A stretch of DNA of 64,000 nucleotides from Octopus sinensis (Eukaryota), in contig NC_043009.1 in NCBI RefSeq assembly GCF_006345805.1, forward strand, positions 28,396,001 through 28,460,000. The letters run 5' to 3'. This document shows, piece after piece, positions 27,930 through 41,078 of this stretch. Both the position numbers and the translations under genes were made by a program. The notes beneath the pieces were generated by a model. The model worked only from the letters and a program-made list of their open reading frames with translations, ran no database searches and had not been told where the DNA came from. Position 1 is the stretch's first letter. The number at the start of each line of letters is the position of its first letter.

Positions 27930-30923
27930 GCAGTAATAATGGCAACGATCTCTGTAGACTTGGTTCTGCAATGATTTATTGATTTTAATTCACTTTTCAT
28001 TTTATTTACATTCCACCACCTCCACCACCACCACCACCACGTGTACTATCCATAGTTTCCAAATTAACCCTTTCATTAGAGTCCCTTCAAAACACACCTT
28101 TATTTCAATTCTTTCCTGTCTTTCAATTCCACTCTCTCCTCAAATTACCATTCTATCAACATTCATTGCAAATTTTTCAATATTTCTTCCCTACATTTCT
28201 CTTGTGTTCTTCCTGATAATATCAAATATCCAACTAGCATATTTACAAAAATACATTCTGGCAAATATTTTCAAATATTTTTTAACATTTTTATAATCGT
28301 TGATGTTTAAAAATTTCTCCTCCTCCTCCTCCTTGTTCCCTTCTTCTTGCTGCCACCATTGTCATTGCTCTCGTTGTCATAGCTGTCATCAGTAGTGGCA
28401 GCAGAGGCAACAAAAGTGTCGTTGTCATCACCGCCACCACCACCATCTCCACCACCACCACCACCACCACCACCACCACCACCATCATCTTTGTTGTCGT
28501 TGTCTTCATCATCATCATCATCGTCATTGTTGTTGTCATCGTCATCATCATCATCATCATCACTATCAAAATCATCTGCAAAAGCATCACCAACACCACA
28601 ATCATCACTTCCATCATCATCATCATCATCATGACAACCACCACCACCATCACCATCTTTCATTCATTGACATTTCATGTGTCTCTTTCAATCCTATTTC
28701 CTTGTCTTCCTCTTGAAGTACTTATTTTGTACACTCACACTACTCAAAGTACTCATCTAATGTCCTCACTTTATCAACTTCCTCTTTCCTCCAATTTTCT
28801 ACAGTCTCTTTGTCGGTGTGAAAATGGTACTCCCCTTCCCAGGTGACAAAGTGGTAGGACTGAGCCACTATAAAGTCAAACAGTCAGTCATTGTAGGAGG
28901 TCAGTAGTAGTAGAGTCATCGTATGAGTTCTCAGTCGGAGTCAGTGTCAGTTACATGATATATACGAGTTTGAGTTACTGTCAAGGTAGACGTTTCAAAC
29001 CATTGTCTCGTGGAGCTATCAGCGATAGCACAATAGACGAGTCAAAGATAATAAGACACAGAATACTGCCACAACATAAAAGTGGCAACAAGATTATTGC
29101 AGTGCCAACAATAATATACAAGTGGACAAGGATCTACATTATAACACTCTTTTCTCCTCTTTTCCTTGTATTCTTTTAAATCATTTACTTTTCTTAATTA
29201 TTTTTTTGCATTTCTGTCTTTAACTTTTCTTGTCATATTTTCCAATTTTTTTCTCTGACTTATTATAATGATGACAATATTTCACTTCATATATTTCGTC
29301 TTTCTTCCTTTGTTGTTTAATAAATTCTACTTTAATTTTTATTTTTATTTCAGTTGTGTTATTTTTAAATAATATTGAAGAATTTCTTCCTCTTTGATGG
29401 TTTCTGTTTTAATTCCTGTAATTTTTCGCTGCATCTTTTGACAGTATTTCATCTGAAATTAACATTAAAGCGTTGTTGCCGGTGCACTAATTCAGTACCT
29501 AATTCGGTCCACTGATTAACAACATTTCACCTTTGTTGCACCATCACACCAAACAACAACGTCTGCGGATGTTTTGCAGGGTTTTATTCGGCAGCATTTC
29601 TGCTTCATCTTAGCAACATCAAAGCTACCAAACTGTTGACAATGAAATCATGAGATACTTTGGCTTTCTCCGGAATAATACATGCACACACACACATAAA
29701 CAAATACATATACACATAAAAACACCTACATAGACATATTTTTCACTCACGCACACACAAATACATATGCCTACATAGACATATTTTCACACACATACAC
29801 AAACACGCACACACACACACAAACACACACCTACATAGACATACATTCACTCACACACACACACACACACACAGACATTGCAAAAGAAATAATCAGCGAC
29901 TAATATTTATTTCTTTATTGCCCACAGGGGGATAAACATAGAGGGGACAAACAAGGACAGAAAGATAAAGTGATTAAGTCGATTATATCGACCCCAGTGA
30001 ATAATTGGCACTTATTTAATCGATCCTGAAAGGATGAAAAACAAAGTCAACCTTAGCGGAATTTGAACTCGGAACGTAATGGCAGACGAAATACCGCTAA
30101 GCATTTCACCTGGCATACTAACGATTCAGCTAGTTCATCACTCTATCAAGGACTAATATTAATTGCAAAACAATTTAATAAAAAATAAAAACAAAATATT
30201 CAGGTGGAAATAATTAAAAGTTATTTGATTCAGTGTGTTGTTGTGTTCCATTTCTCGGGTAAAAGCTGGAAATATCGTGCATGGTGGATGTATGGCCATT
30301 CAATACTTGTTCTTTTTAATTTTCTTTATTGTTCTCACACCCATCCCTATCTCTACCCACCTCACATCCTCCATACATTCTTGCAACCTCTACCCACCCA
30401 CCCATACACCCACCCCACACATCTAGCCTTTCTGCTCTCTCTCTCACTTCTATGCGAACCATATCCACCCTCATACTTTATCTCCACTATTTTTATCTCT
30501 TTACAGCACCACCCTTATCATTCCTCATTTCACATTTTGGCACAAGGCCTGCAGTGTTAGTGGGAGGGGTAAATCAATTATGTCGACCCCATTGCTTGAC
30601 TGGTACCAAGTTCATTGATCTAAAAGAATGAAAGGTGAAGTTGACCATAGTGGAATTTGAACTCAGAACATAAAAATTGGGAAAAAGGTTGCTTAGTACT
30701 TTGTCTGATGATGTGCTAATGGTTCTGCCAGCTCATTATCTTTATAATCCTTTCTGCTATAGGCACAAGGTCTGGAATATTGGGGGAGGTGGCCAGTTGA
30801 TTTCATCGATGCCAGTGTTTAACTGGTACTTACCCCATTGACCTTGAAAGGATAAAAAGCAAAGTCACCCACAACAGAATTTGAACTCAGGAGATAAAGA
30901 TTGATGAAGGGGAACCAAGCATT

Positions 30924-31298
30924 TTGTCTGATGTGGTAACAGTTTTGCTAGCGCACTGTCTTTGTAATAAACACTGGATTGCATCAGGCTCTGAAATACA
31001 GCAGGTGGGCATTGGTCTGTATTTGCATTCACACTGTACACAAGGAAATATGACAGATACAGCTAGAAATTCAAAAGAGCTTAGGTTTAAAGAAGGTTAT
31101 CGTTTAAGTTACGGTGCCAATGCTTATCATGGATGTAGTGTACAAAGCCAAAAGTTTCCAGATAAGTTTAAGAGACAAACTTTTAGAGCAGAAGCTTCTA
31201 ACCTAAACAAACGGGATTCACAAAAGAAATTATCTGGGTTTGCAAAATTTCTTTATGACTCAGCTTTGAATTCCGATAATCAAATGGTAATTGGATAA
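30924..31298 (+). CDS. Non-repetitive 124-aa ORF; possible coding exon of an unidentified gene
   Basis: One of the longest non-microsatellite ORFs; possible donor CAAATG|GTAATT near 31287. No recognisable motif; the 5' end overlaps a SINE. Confidence 0.2.
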   Translation: MSDVVTVLLAHCLCNKHWIASGSEIQQVGIGLYLHSHCTQGNMTDTARNSKELRFKEGYRLSYGANAYHGCSVQSQKFPDKFKRQTFRAEASNLNKRDSQKKLSGFAKFLYDSALNSDNQMVIG

Positions 31299-32853
31299 TC
31301 GTAATGAAAATTCATTTAATTCTTCGATGGTAGGAAAGAAAAGCAAAGTTATCCAGTTGAATACCAGTTCTATTGCACTGGATGTTTGTTGATGCAATTT
31401 CTATGAATTTCAGTTACTCCAGAGGGACAAAAGAGCAGCATGCTCAACCTAACTTAACTAAATAGATGAGAAATGACAACTATCGGAATTTACAAATTTG
31501 CTATGAATAAGAAAGTTGAAATTATTGAGGGATCTGTTTATAGGTGAAAAAGACTTATGTGTCTGTTACTTCAATTAACTAATTTACTCACACGTCTTGC
31601 TGGCTTCGTTTACAAAGTTAATGAATGATTCACACTCTGGTGCCACATGTTATTGGGTAACATTTTTATTGGATTTTAAAGAAAAAAGAAAATTCTTCTC
31701 ACCTAATCAACGTATATTGAATTAGACGATCTACACAGACTTGCCCCACCCACCCCTCTTTTCCTTCCACCTCTCTCTCTCTCTCTCATCCATTTCTTGC
31801 ATTGGATCATTGATTCTTTGAGTCATGAATGTGCTTCGATATTCTTTTAACAAATACCCCCCACTCCCCCATAGGCACATCACATTTTCTTAAATAACTG
31901 GTTTTTAGTTCTGGTCAGGACGAAGCATGGTGGGGGGGAAAAAAAAAACTATTAAAACTTTGTGTCATCATCCAATTTATGCTGATAAACATCTTGTTTT
32001 CTATTGAACGTTTTCAATTCAGCTTTTTGCCATGGCTAAACAGCTTAATGTTGCTTTGTGGCCCGATGCAACCGTGATGGTGCATGGCAAAGGGAGACGC
32101 ATGCTGGACAGGAAAATATTTAAACAACTTCAAATGAGAAAACTGTATTTGTTAGTTTTTATTTCTTAAAACATTCCACACATGTTGTACAAGCTTGAAC
32201 GTTATTCTCCAGTCGTAATACACAGGATTTAAACAGTTTATACAAGCTGTCTATAAAATGGATCAGGAACTCCATTTTTAGAATTCCACAGATCAATTGC
32301 CTCATTGGTTGGCATTATCCTGTTGCGTACACATTTACGTTTGTGCATATTGTAAGTGTGCATGTGTGTGTGTATATGTAACCACATGACTGAAGTATCT
32401 GTGCTTGTAAGGGCATGTGTGTGTGTGTGTGTGTGTGTGTGCGTGCATGTATGCATTATGTAGAAGAAATCAAGTTTGGTCATAAGAGAATTTCAGACAA
32501 ACACCAAACCTGTTGGAAATCCCACTTGACAAACATGACATTATCAAATGAAAACCCCACCTATTTCTACCATTTCCAAGTGGAATTCCTTGCTGTTAGT
32601 AGTAGAAACGCTTTCCAGCATCTTTCAAAACTTCATCACTTTTCTTCATCACAATCTCACCATTAACAATAGATTCACAAATTAAAATACAATTCCTCAT
32701 TTTATCCTTAAAAATCTTTTAGTTTTCAGATTATTACTCTGTCAAGCATAATCCTTATTTATTCACATTATTTTGAATTAATTATGTATTATCTTGTACC
32801 TTTGTGAATTCAATGATGTGATCATTTATTTTTAGACTGATATTGTAGGGTAG

Positions 32854-33250
32854 AGTATTTACATTATTTACATTCGCTGGATATTCGTCCTCATCTTGTT
32901 TGTTGTTAACACGTTTTGGCTTCATCAGGTGTCTTGGGGGAAATTTTGAACCTGGGTTCTCATTCTAAAGGTATTTTTCGATGTTATTATTATTATTATT
33001 ATTATTATTATCATTATTATTAATATCATTATTATCATTATTATTATTATTATTCAGGTCACTGCCTGGAATCGAACTTGGAGTCTTGGGATTAGTAGCC
33101 CATGCTCTCAACTATGCCATATGCCCATGGACAATTATGGAGTGAATTTTAGGGTGTATAAATCATATGGTGTAGTGGTTAAGAGCGTGGGCTACTAACT
33201 CCAAGATTCCAAGTTCAATTCCAGGCAGTGACCTGAATAATAACAATAAC

Positions 33251-33282
<32 letters not shown>

Positions 33283-33440
33283 TAACATCGAAAAATACCT
33301 TAGGAATTTCCCCAAGACACTGGATGAAGGCTGGAGGGTATATCAGCCAAAACGTTGTATTAAGAACAAACAACACGAGGACAAATATCTGTCAAATGTA
33401 AATAATGTACATAATTCCTCATCTCTTAAATATAGAACTG
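32854..33440. mobile_element. HHR-SINE family 1, head-to-head inverted dimer with 13-bp TSD, inserted in a MITE
   Basis: Minus copy 32856-33154, plus copy 33164-33440. TATTGTAGGGTAG flanks both sides exactly (32841-53, 33441-53). Confidence 0.85.
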
Positions 33441-34578
33441 TATTGTAGGGTAGGTATGAGATGCTGGATCTGACTTATTTGAACATAAAACATGTGGAAT
33501 ATCTGGGCTGGACATGGCACCACCACAATCTTCATCATCATCACCACAACACAGTGATTCAGTCCCACTGTGTGGCACCTTGGATAAGTATCTTCTACTA
33601 AAGCTGTGGGCCGACCAAATCCTTGTGAGTGAATTTGGGAAACAGAAACCGATAAAAGCCTGTCATGTGACTCCCATGCCAGTGGCACATAAAAAGTATC
33701 ATTTAAATGTGGTCAATACCAGTGCCGCCTGACTGGCTCCCATGCCGGTGGCACATAAAGAACACCATTTGGGCGTGGTTGATGCCAGTGCTGCCTGACT
33801 GGACCTCTTGCTGGTGGCACATAAATAGCAGCCACTACACTCTTGGAGTGGTTGGTGTTAGGAAGGGCATCAAGCTGTAGAAACTCTGCCAGATCAGATT
33901 GGAGCCTGGTGTGGCCTTCTGGCTTGCCAGTCCTCAGTCAAAACATCCAACCTATGCCAGTATGGAAAGTGGATGTTAAATGATGATGATGAGGATGATG
34001 ATATACATACAGCTATATCTGTGTGTGTATGTGTGTGTGTTTGTGTCTGTGCTTGTCCCCACACTCACCGATTGACAACTGGTGTTGGTGTGTTTACGTT
34101 CCTGTAATGTAGTGGTTCAGCAAAAGAGACTAATAGAATAAGTACTAGACTTTAAAAAAATAGGACCTGGTGTCGATTTGTTTCACTAAAACCATTCAAG
34201 GAGGTGCCCCAGTATGGCCACAGTCATGACTGAAACAAGTAAAAGAATAAATATGCATACATACTCACGCATACCATACACACATACATACACACACATG
34301 CACACAGACACACAGAACAATGACAATATCTGTAATCAAAAAAACAAAAACAAAAAGGAAGACAGCACAAGGGAATGCTGTTTTCATAATTAACAAGTTC
34401 GTTATCACAGTACCCAATACTAAACGATCTATTACAATACCAAATGTTATTATGACAATAGCGGATACTAATTGATCTAATTTTATTAATGATTATAGAT
34501 CCCGAAAGAATGGAATGTTGAATATAAAATTAGTCCTTGGAGAATCCGTTAGAATTTAGAAGTTCAATCCCATGACAG

Positions 34579-34723
34579 GACAACTGGCATTTCATGTCTC
34601 ATGTGGGCTGCACTAAGGCATGCTGGGAAGACAGTGTGATGAGTTTTAATAATTTGACATCCGTTAATTTATCATTCACTGATCATGTTAATGGACTGGT
34701 CCAACGCTGCAATGGATTCATCT
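34579..34723 (+). CDS. Candidate internal coding exon (phase 0 to 1), unidentified protein
   Basis: CAG|GAC..ATC T|GTAAGT. Open frame DNWHFMSHVGCTKACWEDSVMSFNNLTSVNLSFTDHVNGLVQRCNGFI with an in-frame stop just upstream of the AG. Weak pyrimidine tract. Confidence 0.4.
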
Positions 34724-34849
34724 GTAAGTAGATAACACTGGATTTTATCAGACATTTCTGCGGTGTGATGGAAACGGTGGAGTAGGGTAGGAGTGGGTGG
34801 GGTTATATACAGCAGTGAAGAGGAAGACTTAATAACAAGGAGAATAATG

Positions 34850-34870
34850 ATAATAATAATAATAATAATA

Positions 34871-34904
<34 letters not shown>

Positions 34905-35422
34905 TTATTCTTTTATAAGCCACAAGCGCTCATATAGATTAACATTAAAAGACATGCAACAACCTAAAAGACAAAAACAGACGATACAAATGGTTTTACG
35001 GCATGTAAACAATATAAATAACAATTAAAAATTAAACTAATTAAAACTCTCAGTAAAGGAGGTGCTTTCAGGTCCTCATGGAAAAACCCACAAAAGCCAT
35101 GGGTGCCTGAACAACAGAGCAAGAGCCCTTCTCCTTTGATACCCTTTTTACAGGTGCATGCTCGGAATTGGTCCTTTCACATTGGCCATTCTTCTAACAT
35201 TCACCCACCTTTCAACAAACTTGCTACAAGGCAACTCAACTTCTTTTTCAAGTGAAACTTGAAAAAGTTGGTGAGGGCTTGGCCAAAGAGGAAAGTGTCT
35301 GTCTTTAGCCCTTTCAAATAGGTCCACCATACAAACTCTTTCACTACAGCCACTAGACAAATAAAAATTGCCTGCCCCTCTCGACCAGAAGTGGGCAGTG
35401 GGGCAAGCTTCTCAATGGATTC
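34850..35422 (-). mobile_element. Tx1/L1-type LINE 3' end with AATAAA and (TTA)n tail
   Basis: ESIEKLAPLPTSGREGQAIFICLVAVVKEFVWWTYLKGLKTDTFLFGQALTNFFKFHLKKK, then frameshift to SKFVERWVNVRRMA..*. The WW motif is typical of L1/Tx1 ORF2 C-termini (recalled). Confidence 0.55.
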
Positions 35423-35626
35423 AGCTGATACGTTTCTCTACTCGTTATGAGAAAAGGTGACTAAAACAGGTGGGAATAGTACTTGGCCCTTGAAAAGGCC
35501 TCCCCAGCAACGACAACCCAGAGAGAGACCCATGGGTTGAAGGGTTGTCATGTGAATGATGCAAAGGTGTTGTTGCCAGGTGTAGTTGAGAATTCCCAAC
35601 AAATGGGAGATGCAGCAAGGTGGTGT

Positions 35627-35685
<59 letters not shown>

Positions 35686-35781
35686 ATACTACTACTGCTA
35701 CTGCTGCTGCTGCCACTGCTGCTGCCCCTGTTACTACTACTACCACCACCACCTACAGAACACCAAATGGTAACCACCTCA

Positions 35782-35995
35782 CTGGGAACAGTGAGTAAAA
35801 GTCTTGAGAAGTACATGGAACAAATAGGGACTGCAATAAGGGTGGATCACTTGCAGAAAACAGCACTGTTTGGAACCGTTCAAATAGTCTGGATGGTGCT
35901 CAAAAAATGAGGGGTGTTACCTTAGTTCACTGGTAGTGAACTGCTGACACCATAGTACATCTCCAGCATTAGAAGCTGTGCAAAGACAACAAATA
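35782..35995 (+). mobile_element. R4/Dong-type LINE 3' end, followed by (TAA)n
   Basis: LGTVSKSLEKYMEQIGTAIRVDHLQKTALFGTVQIVWMVLKK* matches the GALG..LQK..LLGT terminal motif of REL-endonuclease LINEs. Confidence 0.7.
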
Positions 35996-36001
35996 ATGAT
36001 G

Positions 36002-36077
<76 letters not shown>

Positions 36078-36085
36078 TGATGATG

Positions 36086-36122
<37 letters not shown>

Positions 36123-36172
36123 CAACAATAATAATAATAATAAGATGGATTGTGTAATCGAACACTGTCACA

Positions 36173-36540
36173 TTGAATAAGAGAGGCAAATACTGTCAGA
36201 TCATTTATGTAGCCATACCAAATGACATGAATGCTGTGAGTAAAGAGGTTGAGAAAGTCTCCAAGTACTATGAATTGAAAGTGGAAAGAGCAAGACTGTA
36301 TGGAATGTGAGAAGATAATGTAAAAGTGATCGGAGCGTTGCACTCAATCCCACTGAAACTTCAAGACTTCTTAAGGCAACTGGAAATCCCATGCAAGATT
36401 GATTTCTTGCAAAAATCAGCCTTATTGGGCACAGCACACCATCTTAAGGTCCTTGTGGCTTGACAGACGACTAAAGATTCCGGTGCATTTTTACCTATTC
36501 TGTGTTATGAAGGAATTATAATAATAATAATAATAATAAT
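36173..36540 (+). mobile_element. Second R4/Dong-type LINE 3' end (REL endonuclease C-terminus) between (TAA)n arrays
   Basis: NKRGKYCQIIYVAIPND..EKVSKYYELK..VIGALHSIP..LQKSALLGTAHHLKVLVA* with one internal stop. Confidence 0.75.
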
Positions 36541-37721
36541 GATATTGGTTCTAGATTTTGGCACAAGGTCACCAGTTCCAAAGGAGGGTGTAAGCCAATT
36601 ATATTGTGCCCAGTGATCAGCTGGTATTATTTTATCAATTAGGCGTTAGGAAGGGCATCCAGCCGTAGAAACATTGCCAGATCAGACTGGGCCTGGTGCA
36701 GCCTTCTGGCTTCCCAGACCCCAGTTGAACTGTCCAACCTATGCTAGCATGGAAAGCGGACGCTAAATGAAGATGATGATGATGATGAATTCTGAAAGGA
36801 TGAAAGGCAAAGCTGACTTCGGATGAATTTGAACTCAGAATGTGAAGATGGTTGAAATGCCATGAAACATTTTGCCTGGAATGCTGATGCTTCTGTCAGC
36901 TTGCCATGTTATTCTTTTATTGTTTATATTAACAACAAAAACGACAAAAACCCACTTTAACAATAAAGATGCAACAATAACCATATTAACAACATCATCA
37001 GCAACAAAAAACAAAAGCACCTACAACATAAACAGCAGCAAGAGCACAAGGAACAACAACATCAACTATAACAACAACAACAACAACAGCAGTGACCTCG
37101 ACAACAACATCAACAATATCCCCATTAATAACATAAACACCACCAGCCCCTTCAACGACAATAGAATTAACAACAACAGCAACACGAACGTCAACAACAA
37201 CAACAACAACGTCAACATCAACAAACAACACAAAATGGACAACAATCTGACAAAAGAGCCTGAAATGTGGTCTATCAAAAGTTACAAGATCTCTTGGCTG
37301 TTTGGAAATGTTTTATTGTCTCCCCTTGAGTGTCATCTCCCATCTAACAGAGCAGAACCGAATTGATGCCGTTTGAAGACATAACACAATAACAAAAAAC
37401 AAAGCAAAAAAAAACAGAAAAAAAACAATGACAAATATTACAGAACACAGAGTTAACTTGATGCAGATACACTCACTTATGACTGGTAAATCGATTCTCT
37501 TTCAAAAATAATAAATAAAAGTTCATCCCCCAACCCCCGCATTGTACCAAAAACACAAAAAAAAGCATACAGTACATCAACCCCTGCTGTGACAAGTTAC
37601 CCATCAATGGAGAATTCTTCATCATTGAATTATAGAACAGAAATCATACACTTAATCTCTTTGAGGTATGTTTGGCTACATATACATACAAACATATATA
37701 TACATATATACATACATATAC

Positions 37722-37768
<47 letters not shown>

Positions 37769-38994
37769 TATATATATATACATTGCCCACAGGGTGGCTA
37801 AACATAGGGGGTAGAAACAAGGACAGACAAAGGGATTAATTTAGTCGATTACATTGACCCCAGTGCATAACTGGTACTTATTTCATCGGCTCCCGAAAGG
37901 ATGAAAGGCAAAGTCGACCATGGTGGGATTTGAACTCAGAACGTAATGACAGATGAAATACCACAAAGTATTTCACCTGGCATGCTAACACTTCTGCCAG
38001 CTTGCTGCCTTATATATATATGTAGGCATAGGAGTGACTGTTGGCTGTGTGGTAAGAAGTTTGCTTTCCAACCAAATGATTCTGGGTTTCTAACCAAATG
38101 GTTCTTTTACTATAGCCTCAGGTTGACCAAAGCCTTGTGAGTGAATTTGGTAGATGAAAACTGAAAGAAGCCTGATGTATATATGTGTGTCTGTGTGTTT
38201 GTCACTCATCACCATTTGACAATTGGTGTTGGTATGTTTATATCTCTGCAACTTTGCAGCTCAGCAAAAGAGACTGATAGAATAAATACAAGGTGTAATA
38301 AAGAACAAACAGTACTGGGGTCGATTCATTCGACGAAAGATTTTTCAAGGCAGTGCTGCAGCATGGCCACAGTGTAAGGAGTAAAAGATGAAATACATAT
38401 AGTCAATAGAAAAAACAAACAATCAAAAGATAGAGAAAACAAGGGAAAAACAAACGTGAGAACGTGCACAAGAAATGTATTAATTTGGCACTCGGTGAAG
38501 GGAGGGAGTTGTTAACATTTCGAGCATAGCTCTCTTTTCATCAACTATCAAATCTAAGGCTAGAGGACTGAATTGAAACGTTCGTAGGCTTTATTTGGCA
38601 GTATGTAAACAAATTCATTTTATATCCATACCAAATTTCTATTCTTCTTCTTTAATCATATTTATACTTATAATAAAAAAAAGACTAATAAACTGAAAGT
38701 GAACCACAATCCTTTACAAGCTATGACCCCTAACAAACTTCATACAGTTCTTAGAAGTGTAGTATATCCTGAGTCACATTATTAGCAATATGCACTTTCT
38801 CCATCTTCTTGCTCTATTAGAGAATTTGAGTAAATTTATATTAATGTGTCCAACTGATTAAAAAAATTCTATTTATTATGCAGCTGAGGATATCCCTGCA
38901 TTTAAATTGATGTAATGGTTGCATTTCTCAATTAAATGGAGCTGCTTGAAACAGTCATACTGTATCACCTCTTGATATCCTGTTGTTTATTTTG

Positions 38995-39033
<39 letters not shown>

Positions 39034-40077
39034 GGGAAACCACTATGTGGACACCCATATGCTAGAAATAGATCCGCTATGGTCTCACGACCAAGAAATG
39101 TTCTCAAGAAAAATTTAGCAAGACAACCAAAATGTAATCGAGCACGACAAAAGAAAAGGTAATAAAAATATGGATTACTCGTATACATGTTTCACCATCA
39201 ACAAATTACGCAATCTTACTTATGTAACTCATGTATTATATGTATAATTATTATTATACTTACGTATTATTATATATAATATATATATATATATATACAT
39301 TAAACCATGGTAGCCACAAATAAAGAATATTTATCCACTAATGCACCATTTGAGCACTCTTTCTGACTGATATTAGGTTATATATAAATTATATTTATAT
39401 ATATATGGATAAGGTAGATTTAGTTTTCATCCAATACTGTGGGATTGAAACTAAGACCACATAGTTTGGAAGCAACCATCTTTACCACATATCCACATTC
39501 GTGCCTATGTATAAATATATAGGTGTGGCTATGTGGTAAGAAGCTTGCTTCCCAACCACGTGGTTTTCAGTTCAGCTCCACTGCATGGCACCTTCAGCAA
39601 GTGTCTTCTACTATAGCTTCTTTCCAAATGAAACCTTGTGAGTGGATTTGGTATACGGAAACAGAAAGAAGCCTGTCACATCATCATCATTTAATGTCCA
39701 TTGTCCATACTGGCATAGGTTGGACAGTTTTACTGGGGTGGCATGCTGGAAGGCTGCACCAGGCTACAGTTCTATTTGGTATGGTTTTCTACAGCTGTTT
39801 GCCCTTCCTAATGCTAACCACTCCGAGAATGTAATGGGTGCTTTTACATACCCACCGGCATGGGTGCCATTTGTGTGACACTGGGGTACTTTGATGTGAC
39901 ACTAGCATAGGTGCCAGTTTGCATGACACCAGTATCTGCCATAACTGTAATTTTGCTCGGCATCATGAGTCTTCTTCTCAAGCATTACATAATACCAAAG
40001 GTTTTCATCATTGCCTCTGTGAGGCTCAACATTCAAAAGATGTTCTTTACATGCCACCAGCATGGGTGTACTTGGTC

Positions 40078-40119
<42 letters not shown>

Positions 40120-40405
40120 ATTTATATAATAATAATAATAATAATATAATATATATAATGTATATATTATATACATGCTTACACATAAATATGTGTGTAT
40201 GTATGTATGTATGTATGTATGTATGTATGTATGTATGTATGTATGTATATATGTATGTATGTATGTTTGTATGTATGTGTGTATGTACTACTTGCTGTTG
40301 AATAGAAAACCAAAGAAGGAATATGGCATGAATGGAAATGTTTTATTGCTTAAACATTAAATTTTGATGGTGTTAAATAATATTTGTTTTCTTTTTCATT
40401 TCTAG

Positions 40406-40463
40406 TTCTCTTTTACATTCCGAAATGCATTGAATGAGGTTTATTATGATAATTATCAAACAG
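40406..40463 (+). CDS. Candidate small exon (phase 0 to 1)
   Basis: Strong acceptor TTGTTTTCTTTTTCATTTCTAG; reads FSFTFRNALNEVYYDNYQT; donor CAG|GTTTGA is only moderate. Confidence 0.2.
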
Positions 40464-40743
40464 GTTTGAAACAATATTCTCTTGATGTGAAATGAGAGTA
40501 TTTTTTTTTTTGAAAAATTAAAATTAATTAATTTTAGTTTAGAAATTCGAGAATAAAATAATTTTAAAATATGGAAGCAAATAAAAAACAACAAAAAGAC
40601 AAAAACAAGGCAAAATAAAAAGGAAGAACACCAAAGTGCTTGTTTTATGTAACATATTCCATTACACATTGTATATTAGAGTTTACAGAAGGTCACATGC
40701 ATAGAAATACACACACGTTTGTGTGTATTTATGTGTGTGTATA

Positions 40744-40791
<48 letters not shown>

Positions 40792-41007
40792 GAGAGAAAG
40801 GGGAAACAAAAGAGATCTCATTTTTATATGATTACACTGAAGGATACAAATACATACACATATATAGCAACATATATACTTACATGAAAAATGTGAGTAT
40901 AACTGCATGTCTGTATGTCAGAACAGATATATATATATGTATACATTTATATATGTGTCTATGTCTGTGCGAATGGCTAGTTATCTATCTATCTATGTAC
41001 ATACCTA

Positions 41008-41078
<71 letters not shown>

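Noticed and set aside
28805-28842. 38-nt candidate exon SLCRCENGTPLP with a strong acceptor
   Set aside because: Too short to judge, moderate donor, and phase does not link to neighbouring candidates.
32020-32170. Peptides WPDATVMVHGKGRR (+, like the tyrosine recombinase GKG loop) and TITVASGHKATLSC (-, like an Ig strand)
   Set aside because: Short resemblances on opposite strands with no other family motif and early stops; likely chance.
36872-37366. 164-aa Asn-rich ORF with a hydrophobic start
   Set aside because: The start lies in a SINE and the middle is an (AAC)n-derived tract.
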